From: Laetmonice hystrix
Lineage: Eukaryota
Assembly: GCA_965235115.1 (NCBI GenBank)
Contig: OZ249445.1
Location: 21,638,001 to 21,702,000 of the forward strand
Direction: 5' to 3'
DNA length: 64,000 nt
In this document: positions 30,940 through 41,300 of the stretch, one piece after another
How the letters are laid out: every line of letters begins with the position of its first letter
How positions within the stretch are numbered: position 1 is the stretch's first letter
Made by a program: the position numbers and the translations under genes
Notes under the pieces: model-generated
What the model was told of the DNA's origin: nothing
Seen by the model: only the letters and a program-made list of their open reading frames with translations
Database searches by the model: none

Positions 30940-33900
30940 TTAAGGAACAGGTGCTGCCTCAAGCAAGCACAGCTTGGTAATCGGTCGGTCATAGAGAGAC
31001 CCATTAAATCTGATCTGTGCAGAACGAACTCGGTTGTCTCGTCCGGGGTAGATCTGAGTAACCAGACCAAGAGGCCACCGGTACCGCGGCATGGCCTCAT
31101 GTCGAACCAACACCAGGTCTCCAACGCGGACATCCCTTTCAATGGTTGTCCACTTTTGTCGCTCCTGCAACAAAGGCAAGTACTCTTTGGTCCAACGTGA
31201 CCAAAACACATCGGCCAGGTACTGGACCTGGCGCCAACGGCGTCGATACAGATCTTGTTTGGCAGTCAAACAAGGTGGCAAGGTGGGCCCAGACCGCAGC
31301 AGCAGCAAATGGTTTGGGGTCAGAGGCGTGTCATCGTTGGGGTCGTCAGACAACTTGGTTATAGGTCTCCCATTTACTATGCTTTCTGTAACACAGAATA
31401 GGGTGTTGAGGGAGTCATCGTCCAACCTTTGTTGTTGTAGGAGAGCTGTCAGAATGGCCCTCACGGTGCGGATTTGCCGCTCCCACACCCCTCCCATGTG
31501 GGAGGCCCCAGGAGGGTTGAACACCCACTGGACTTCCCTCTGCAGCAGAGCTTCACAGATCTTGCCTTGGTTCCACTCCTTAAGTGCCCTCCCCAACTCT
31601 GCCTTAGCCCCAACAAAGTTGGTGCCGTTGTCCGAGCGAATGACCTTGGGCTGACCCCGACGCGCCATAAACCGATGAAGGGCATTCAGATAGGCATCCG
31701 TGTCGAGAGAAGTAGCCACTTCCAAATGAACTGCGCGAGTTGTGAGGCAAGTAAACAGGCATCCATATCGCTTCACTTCGGTGCACCCTCGTCTCACAAT
31801 GATTGGTCCAAAATAATCAACACCCACCATGCTGAAAGGAGGGTCTCCAGGTGTAACTCTGTCGGCAGGTAGGTCAGCCATCTGCTGCCTCATGGCACAT
31901 GCTCGTGCCCGTTTGCATGGGACACACTGTCCAATGACAGCTCGAACAACGGAACGTCCGCTTACAAGCCAATAACGAAGCCTTATCTCCGCTAGAACCC
32001 GCTCGACCCCAGCGTGTCCCAATTTGATGTGGTAATGGCCCACAATGAGCCGGGCCACGTGATGCTTGGCAGGCACAATCCAAGGATGCCTTCTGTCCTG
32101 TGGGAGGTCTGCTCTGGCAAGCCTGCCTCCTACACATAATACTCCCTCGGAAGAGAGAGTGGGTGCTAGTCTCTCATATCGGTTAGATCTCAGGGTGTCC
32201 TTACTGAGGGCTTGCCGCTGAATGTACCGCACTATCGCAGCTTCCGCAGCCCGCAGGTCAGCAGTAGTTAACCACCGGTGTTCATGAGCATCAGGTGCCT
32301 TGCACCGATTCCCAAGGTAGCCCACGAAACGCAACAACCAACCAACAGACTTGCACAAGCGGTACCATGAGGAATACTTGGCTAGCAGCTGGTCAATGAT
32401 AGACGCCTGGTGGTCCTCCGTGGCATACACCTGCGCATCCTTCTTCACTTCTGCTTCATCAGGTGGTAGGTTTCCCTTGACTGGAGAAACTGGCCAGGAG
32501 TCCTCAGTCCGGTAGAGGAACTCAGGCCCTATGAGCCAACGCTCAGAGTGGCATAGTTCCCATAGCGGTGAGACCACGGGAGCAATCATCAGCAGGGTTG
32601 TCTTCCGTCCTGACATGTCTCCATTGCGAGGGTTTGCTGATTTCCATGATTTGGGCCACGCGATTAGCCACAAAGGTCTGAAAACGCTTATCTTCATTGG
32701 CTAGGTACCACAGGACAATTGTGGAGTCTGTCCAAAAAACAGACCTCAACAGAGGGATTTCTAGGTCTTCCCTCAGCATACGGTCCAACTTGACCGCTTC
32801 CACGGCTGCCGTCAGCTCAAGCCTAGGAACAGTTGTAGTTTTCATAGGCGCTAGCTTGGCCTTTGCAGCCAGAAGACCCATGTGAATGACCTGGTCAACA
32901 TCCACAACACGCAAATAACTGACAGCTCCATAAGCTCCAGTCGACGCGTCGGCAAAGTGGTGCAATTGGGCTGATATCATGGGACGACTGGGCTTCAGAC
33001 AGCGAGGAACAGTGAAACTGGCAATGTTTGGCAAGTCTCCAAGCCACCGTGCCCATTGCAGAGACAGTCCGTCAGGCACACTTTCGTCCCAAGTGGTAGT
33101 CAAGCGGCAGGTTTCCTGGAAGATCAGCTTGGCCCGCAGGACGAACGGGCATACGAAACCCAAGGGATCGTATACCGAGCTAAGAGTGCTGAGAATTCCC
33201 CGTTTAGTAACAGGCTTCCTCGTTGGAGTGACGTCATAACCAAACACATCCTCCTCAAGCTTCTCAGTGCTCTCTCGGAGGGCAAGGATCCCCGGTCCAA
33301 GTCCAGGCTGGCAATACCTTTGGCGTGATCCTCCAGGGGGATAGTCTTGAGTAGTTCTCTTGAATTGCTGATCCATTTAGCGAGCCGAAACCCGCCCGTT
33401 TTTAGCAAACCACGAAGTTGTTGTGACAATCTGATGGCAGCAGGCAGTCCATCAACTGCTTTAAGACAGTCATCAACATAAAAGTTTCGTTGGACCGTCT
33501 TGATGGCTACATCATCAAACCGGTCCCTATTGTCATCTGCACATTTTCTGAGTGCATAATTTGCCGCACTGGGTGACCACACGCCACCAAACAAATGCGC
33601 TGTCATCCTGTATGTGGCAGGTTCCTGGTTCGGGTCGTCATTCTGCCACCAGAGGAAACGGAGCATATCACGGTCTTGGGGTGTGACTCTAACCTGGTGG
33701 AACATGGATTCCACATCAGCCATGAATGCCACGGGCTCCTGCCTAAATCTTATCAAGACGCCGACTAACTTGTTGGTGAGATCAGGACCCTGATGCACTT
33801 TATCGTTTAGGGAGACTCCTCGGAACTTTGCCGCACAATCAAACACGACGCGGACTTTCTCCGGCTTCCGGGGGCGAGTTACTGCGTGATGGGGAATGTA

Positions 33901-35970
33901 GTTGACATAGCCATCAATTTCGTCATTTGAGCCGGGCGAGACTGGCTCTGCATACCCCTTCGCGACCAGTTCCCTTATCTGAGTGGTATACAAAGCTCTG
34001 AGATCCTCGTCTCGAGTTAGGCGCCTGCCTAGCAACTTGAGTCTATGTTCGGCCATAGGTCGGTTGTCTGGCATGCATGGGGGTCTGTGTTTGAAGGGGA
34101 TTCCAAAGGTGTAGTGACCATCACTCAAACAAGCAGTATTGTCCCACTCCTCAAGAACTCTCCGATCAGCTACTGATTGGGGCGTGACTGAGTTTCCCAT
34201 ATCCTCCAGTTCCCAGAAGCGGCCGACCTGTTGCTCTAGGGCTACAAAGCACGAGTAGACTGTATGGCTCCTGGCATCTCCAATTGGTCCATTTATGGTC
34301 CATCCCAAGAGGGTTCTTGAAGCGTAGGGTTCGCCCGGTCCACCTGAACGGAGTTCCAAGGGCATGAGGGCCTGTGGTACGTCGTTACCGATTATCAAAT
34401 GCACTTCGTTTGAATTGGTGTTTGGAATCTCTATGCCATCAAAGTGTTTCCACTTCCCGAGTTCCTTATCCGACACCAAGCTGGTCAGCCCAACATAGAT
34501 ATTTGGACGGACGTAAACTGTCCTCAGATCGATAATCGATTGTTCCTCCAGATCAGATGCCTGGAGCCGTATCGACGTGGTCTGAAGCTTTTCCTTCCCG
34601 CTTAGGGTCATTAAATCCAGGGTTTCACACCTTCGGGCCGCCCCGAGCCTGTCAGCCAGGTGATTAGAACAGAAAGTGGCGGTACTCCCTGGATCCAGAA
34701 GTGCATAGGTATCCACATAGGCTGGCGACTGTAGGCCACGGACTCTAACAGGTACAATAGGCAAGGCAATCTTGCCTTCACGGGCCCCAGCAAAGCTACA
34801 ACTGACTGTCTGGGATGTGCTAGCGGAGGTCTGAGCTCTTGAAACGGCTGGTGTCGCTGCAGGGAGGACAGTGGAATCACCTGTGGTTGATTGATTTGCA
34901 GTCTGCACATCTGCAGTCCTATTGGCATTTTCCCACCTCAGGTGCAAGAAACGGCTGTGTTTAAGGTTGCACCCATCAATTCCGCAAACAAATGACCGAG
35001 GACAATCTCTACCAAAATGACCTACATTGAAGCAGTTCATACAACGACCTGTTGATCGCACTAGACCAATACGATCCTTGATCCTCATGGCTTTGAAAGC
35101 AGGGCATGCAACAATGGAGTGTTGATCACCACAACACCAGCAGAGGACTCTGGAGCCTGGATCCTGGGCTTGAGGGGCCATAGTAGCACCACCTGGCGCT
35201 TGGAGTGATGCTTGCACTGCAAAGCTTCCCTTGTTTCGCTGCTTCATGTCGACTTTCTTCTCAGAAGGCTTCCTCTCAGAGGTCAGATCAGCCAGTGCAC
35301 CAAACACAGGATCGGAAACCTCGCTTGCTGCCAACTCAATGAACTTCACCACATCCTCCAAACTAGGCCTTCTGTGACGCTTTATCTCCTGGTTCTTGGA
35401 TAACCAACGTGTTCTCAGGCGTTGCGGGAGCTTCTCGAGAATGGTCCTTAAATTTTGTGCACTTTCCAACTCGTGAAGATATCCCATCGTTTCCAGGGTT
35501 TCCTTGCAGCAGCGTAACACATCTGCATACTCTTGGAGGCCAACATTGCCTGTCAACTGCGAATGATTACAGATCCGTTCAATCCAAGCCTGCGAGATTA
35601 TATTTTCATCCCCAAACCGCTCTTTCAAGAGTTTTCTGGCAAGGCGATATCCATCAGGAGGTGGGAGTACTTCACAACACTGGAGCAAGTTGCGAGCCTT
35701 GCCTGTGCAATATTGTAACAGAGCATTAAGTTTGACGCCATCACTAATAGTGTCTCTCTCCAAGGTGTGATCAAACCGCCTGATAAACGACCAATACTGT
35801 AACGGATTTCCATCAAAGTAGGTCAATTCTGACTTTGGCAACTGCAGACTTTCCACCAAGGATTGGTGTTGCCGCTGTGTGGCGTCGAGCATGCTGTACA
35901 AGACATGTGAGACATCAGGAGATCCCTGGGGCCCTATTGCAGATGGGTCCCATGAACGGTGTGACCTCAT
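30940..35970 (-). pseudogene. pol: ORF2 of unit 5, broken by two frameshifts (fragments 33124..35970, 32543..33376, 30940..32697)
   Basis: Same -10 bp indel as unit 4, plus ttcagtagc>ttcccatagc. Confidence 0.93.
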
Positions 35971-37166
35971 TGGGTCATCAGTGGAACTGGTGTGTGGGCT
36001 TGACGGCTGCCCCCCTGGGAGTGCCTCGTGGCAGACATAGGTGTAGAGGAAGTGAGGTCCTCTCCCCTGGGGTTCCCGTCTGGTTTCTTATTCGTGGAAC
36101 TTGGGTTTGGGTTTGACGGCCAGCCCCCCTGGGAGTACCTCGGGGCAGACATAGGTGTAGATGAAATGAGGTCATCTCCCCTGGGGTTCCCGTCTGGTTT
36201 CTTATCCGTGGAACTTGGGTTTGGGTTTGACGGCCAGCCCCCCTGGGAGTACCTCGGGGCAGACATAGGTGTAGATGAAATGAGGTCATCTCCCCTGGGG
36301 TTCCCGTCAGGTTTCTTATCCATGGAACTGGGTTTTGGGTTTGACGGCCAGCCCCCCTGGGAGTACCTCGGTGCAGACATAGGTGTAGAGGAAGTGAGAT
36401 CATCTCCCCTGGGGTTCCCGTCAGGTTTCTTATCCATGGAACTGAGTTTTGGGTTTGACGGCCAGCCCCCCTGGGAGTACCTCGGGGCAGACATAGGTGT
36501 AGAGGAAGTGAGGTCATCTCCCCTGGGGTTCCCGTCAGGTTTCTCTTCATCCCACTCATCCAGTTCTCGATGCATCCTTTGCAGTTCCAAATAACGTTCC
36601 CTTTGTTCCTGCTTGAATTGTATCTCCAGCTTAATTCTCTCTCGTTTCAACTTGCTCTCCCGTTCCATTAGCTCCCGCTTTAATTCGTAATCCCGGATCA
36701 TCAGGTCTTCACGAACGCGCAGCTCATTCAGTTGTGCCTCGCTGTGCCGCACAGACTGTTCCAGGTCGGTCTCGGTATCCTCGGGTTCAGTCTCTTTTGC
36801 TGTATCAGCTACAACATCAAAAGGTGTGGTCAGCACACCTCCATCATCCCCTTGTCCATCTTTAGTGTCCTCAATCCAGAGGTTGAGGGATTCACGAAAC
36901 TGATCAAACATGAACTTGGCTTCTTTGAGGTAATTGTTTGAACTCTCAATCTCCTTCGTTTCAGTCAGCACTCCATGGTACTCATTTTGTGCGTCCACAA
37001 ATCGCCGGTATGCACTGTCAAACTCGTCTGCCAAGGCTGTGACCTGAGGGAGATTCTGTTTTGATTCCATAAGGTTATCGGCCCGAGTTGTTAAGCGGGT
37101 GACTGCAGCCTTTGCTATTCCTCTCCTTTTCCTTAACGGCTCTTGGACATTTTCTTTAGCTGCCAT
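35967..37166 (-). CDS. gag: ORF1 Gag N-terminal region, unit 5
   Basis: 399 aa; TPFDV variant (36821) shared with unit 1 (7360). Confidence 0.85.
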   Translation of the reverse strand: MAAKENVQEPLRKRRGIAKAAVTRLTTRADNLMESKQNLPQVTALADEFDSAYRRFVDAQNEYHGVLTETKEIESSNNYLKEAKFMFDQFRESLNLWIEDTKDGQGDDGGVLTTPFDVVADTAKETEPEDTETDLEQSVRHSEAQLNELRVREDLMIRDYELKRELMERESKLKRERIKLEIQFKQEQRERYLELQRMHRELDEWDEEKPDGNPRGDDLTSSTPMSAPRYSQGGWPSNPKLSSMDKKPDGNPRGDDLTSSTPMSAPRYSQGGWPSNPKPSSMDKKPDGNPRGDDLISSTPMSAPRYSQGGWPSNPNPSSTDKKPDGNPRGDDLISSTPMSAPRYSQGGWPSNPNPSSTNKKPDGNPRGEDLTSSTPMSATRHSQGGSRQAHTPVPLMTQ

Positions 37167-37204
37167 GGCTGGTTTTGATCCTTGGGTAGTGAATTTGTAC
37201 TTAA

Positions 37205-37761
37205 TGTAAGCAACGGGAATTCACATGGATTCACAACTAACTGGTCCTTGGCTTGACTACTTTTATTTTCCTAGCCTCAGCCTCAGAGTCTCCCCAGCAA
37301 ACCGTCACTCGTACACAATGACTCGCTGACACGTACGGTACAAACTGTAAATAAAGCAAAAGATACTTGCTAGTCCAATATTTATAACCATTAGGCTAGA
37401 CGTTCCCACTACATTAACCGAAACTCGAAACCAGAAGCCCCAAACACGTGGGGGCGATAATAGGGTTATTATTGGAGACGGAGATATTTTAGAGGTTTGT
37501 GTCGAAGGAGAAGAAAAACCAGTACATATATATTAGACCCAAGAAGACATCAATACAAACTTAGTTCAAAGAAACTCACTTCACTGGGTTCCCATGGGTG
37601 AACATTATTCTAGAGGCTAAACCCAAACTGTCGAGGACCACGCTAGTGCCGTCACAATCTCCGTGTTTTTTCTCCCCTCTCCTCACCAGAGGGCACCCCA
37701 TATCCCTCGCTCACCAGAGGGCTCCACCAACTGGCTTGCCGCCTAGCAGTCAAACCTAACA
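37205..37761 (-). repeat. LTR copy 5
   Basis: Same sequence as 374..930. Confidence 0.8.
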
Positions 37762-38300
37762 TTTCCCGGCCCCCAATGCCACTATAAGGGGCATTCCTAA
37801 CTAATAATAAACAAACTGCTGCCCCACACTAAACGACAAAAGATTCACCTGACAAATACATATGCCGGGTACCAAACCCATCAGGCAAAAAAAAACATCA
37901 AAAAGGTGGGACTGAACACTCGCAGAAACACTAGTTCTGCAATTCCACTGATATAGTCAAATGTTCCAATGGTATATTCAAAAGGCTCCGCTGGTACAGT
38001 CAAAAGTTCCAATGGTATATTCAAAGGCTCCGCTGGTATAGTCAAATGTTCCAATGGTATATTCAGCAACTCCAAGAGTACACCAGTCAGCTTACGGAAA
38101 AGTTTCCATAGGTTCAGTAACACAAAGAGGCAAAGTCAACCTTGGTGCAAACCAGGTACAAAGGTATACAAAAAATCTAACCACAATGGCCAGTGCTGAC
38201 AATAAATTCTCCCAGTGGTTGACATGACATAGGTGTACAGGAACAAACAATACTCCTGATAATACAGTACTAAACGTTCCTGTTTGAAAACAGGTGTTCC

Positions 38301-41300
38301 TTAAGGAACAGGTGCTGCCTCAAGCAAGCACAGCTTGGTAATCGGTCGGTCATAGAGAGACCCATTAAATCTGATCTGTGCAGAACGAACTCGGTTGTCT
38401 CGTCCGGGGTAGATCTGAGTAACCAGACCAAGAGGCCACCGGTACCGCGGCATGGCCTCATGTCGAACCAACACCAGGTCTCCAACGCGGACATCCCTTT
38501 CAATGGTTGTCCACTTTTGTCGCTCCTGCAACAAAGGCAAGTACTCTTTGGTCCAACGTGACCAAAACACATCGGCCAGGTACTGGACCTGGCGCCAACG
38601 GCGTCGATACAGATCTTGTTTGGCAGTCAAACAAGGTGGCAAGGTGGGCCCAGACCGCAGCAGCAGCAAATGGTTTGGGGTCAGAGGCGTGTCATCGTTG
38701 GGGTCGTCAGACAACTTGGTTATAGGTCTCCCATTTACTATGCTTTCTGTAACACAGAATAGGGTGTTGAGGGAGTCATCGTCCAACCTTTGTTGTTGTA
38801 GGAGAGATGTCAGAATGGCCCTCACGGTGCGGATTTGCCGCTCCCACACCCCTCCCATGTGGGAGGCCCCAGGAGGGTTGAACACCCACTGGACTTCCCT
38901 CTGCAGCAGAGCTTCACAGATCTTGCCTTGGTTCCACTCCTTAAGTGCCCTCCCCAACTCTGCCTTAGCCCCAACAAAGTTGGTGCCGTTGTCCGAGCGA
39001 ATGACCTTGGGCTGACCCCGACGCGCCATAAACCGATGAAGGGCATTCAGATAGGCATCCGTGTCGAGAGAAGTAGCCACTTCCAAATGAACTGCGCGAG
39101 TTGTGAGGCAAGTAAACAGGCATCCATATCGCTTCACTTCGGTGCGCCCTCGTCTCACAATGATTGGTCCAAAATAATCAACACCCACCATGCTGAAAGG
39201 AGGGTCTCCAGGTGTAACTCTGTCGGCAGGTAGGTCAGCCATCTGCTGCCTCATGGCACATGCTCGTGCCCGTTTGCATGGGACACACTGTCCAATGACA
39301 GCTCGAACAACGGAACGTCCGCTTACAAGCCAATAACGAAGCCTTATCTCCGCTAGAACCCGCTCGACCCCAGCGTGTCCCAATTTGATGTGGTAATGGC
39401 CCACAATGAGCCGGGCCACGTGATGCTTGGCAGGCACAATCCAAGGATGCCTTCTGTCCTGTGGGAGGTCTGCTCTGGCAAGCCTGCCTCCTACACATAA
39501 TACTCCCTCGGAAGAGAGAGTGGGTGCTAGTCTCTCATATCGGTTAGATCTCAGGGTGTCCTTACTGAGGGCTTGCCGCTGAATGTACCGCACTATCGCA
39601 GCTTCCGCAGCCCGCAGGTCAGCAGTAGTTAACCACCGGTGTTCATGAGCATCAGGTGCCTTGCACCGATTCCCAAGGTAGCCCACGAAACGCAACAACC
39701 AACCAACAGACTTGCACAAGCGGTACCATGAGGAATACTTGGCTAGCAGCTGGTCAATGATAGACGCCTGGTGGTCCTCCGTGGCATACACCTGCGCATC
39801 CTTCTTCACTTCTGCTTCATCAGGTGGTAGGTTTCCCTTGACTGGAGAAACTGGCCAGGAGTCCTCAGTCCGGTAGAGGAACTCAGGCCCTATGAGCCAA
39901 CGCTCAGAGTGGCATAGTTCAGTAGCGGTGAGACCACGGGAGCAATCATCAGCAGGGTTGTCTTCCGTCCTGACATGTCTCCATTGCGAGGGTTTGCTGA
40001 TTTCCATGATTTGGGCCACGCGATTAGCCACAAAGGTCTGAAAACGCTTATCTTCATTGGCTAGGTACCACAGGACAATTGTGGAGTCTGTCCAAAAAAC
40101 AGACCTCAACAGAGGGATTTCTAGGTCTTCCCTCAGCATACGGTCCAACTTGACCGCTTCCACGGCTGCCGTCAGCTCAAGCCTAGGAACAGTTGTAGTT
40201 TTCATAGGCGCTAGCTTGGCCTTTGCAGCCAGAAGACCCATGTGAATGACCTGGTCAACATCCACAACACGCAAATAACTGACAGCTCCATAAGCTCCAG
40301 TCGACGCGTCGGCAAAGTGGTGCAATTGGGCTGATATCATGGGACGACTGGGCTTCAGACAGCGAGGAACAGTGAAACTGGCAATGTTTGGCAAGTCTCC
40401 AAGCCACCGTGCCCATTGCAGAGACAGTCCGTCAGGCACACTTTCGTCCCAAGTGGTAGTCAAGCGGCAGGTTTCCTGGAAGATCAGTTTGGCCCGCAGG
40501 ACGAACGGGCATACGAAACCCAAGGGATCGTATACCGAGCTAAGAGTGCTGAGAATTCCCCGTTTAGTAACAGGCTTCCTCGTTGGAGTGACGTCATAAC
40601 CAAACACATCCTCCTCAAGCTTCCATAGCACTCCCAGTGCTCTCTCGGAGGGCAAGGATCCCCGGTCCAAGTCCAGGCTGGCAATACCTTTGGCGTGATC
40701 CTCCAGGGGGATAGTCTTGAGTAGTTCTCTTGAATTGCTGATCCATTTAGCGAGCCGAAACCCGCCCGTTTTTAGCAAACCACGAAGTTGTTGTGACAAT
40801 CTGATGGCAGCAGGCAGTCCATCAACTGCTTTAAGACAGTCATCAACATAAAAGTTTCGTTGGACCGTCTTGATGGCTACATCATCAAACCGGTCCCTAT
40901 TGTCATCTGCACATTTTCTGAGTGCATAATTTGCCGCACTGGGTGACCACACGCCACCAAACAAATGCGCTGTCATCCTGTATGTGGCAGGTTCCTGGTT
41001 CGGGTCGTCATTCTGCCACCAGAGGAAACGGAGCATATCACGGTCTTGGGGTGTGACTCTAACCTGGTGGAACATGGATTCCACATCAGCCATGAATGCC
41101 ACGGGCTCCTGCCTAAATCTTATCAAGACGCCGACTAACTTGTTGGTGAGATCAGGACCCTGATGCACTTTATCGTTTAGGGAGACTCCTCGGAACTTTG
41201 CCGCACAATCAAACACGACGCGGACTTTCTCCGGCTTCCGGGGGCAAGTTACTGCGTGATGGGGAATGTAGTTGACATAGCCATCAATTTCGTCATTTGA

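Larger units (their letters stand above)
29844..37761 (-). mobile_element. Bel/Pao unit 5 (defective pol, two indels)
   Basis: 7361-bp unit: -10 bp at ~33264 and +1 bp at 32560-32562. Confidence 0.93.

Noticed and set aside
32543-33376. The -10 and +1 indels in unit 5 restore the frame (net -9), suggesting compensation
   Set aside because: The shifted frame stops at 33124, well before the +1 site at ~32561, so no full-length protein results; the +1 allele also occurs alone in unit 9.
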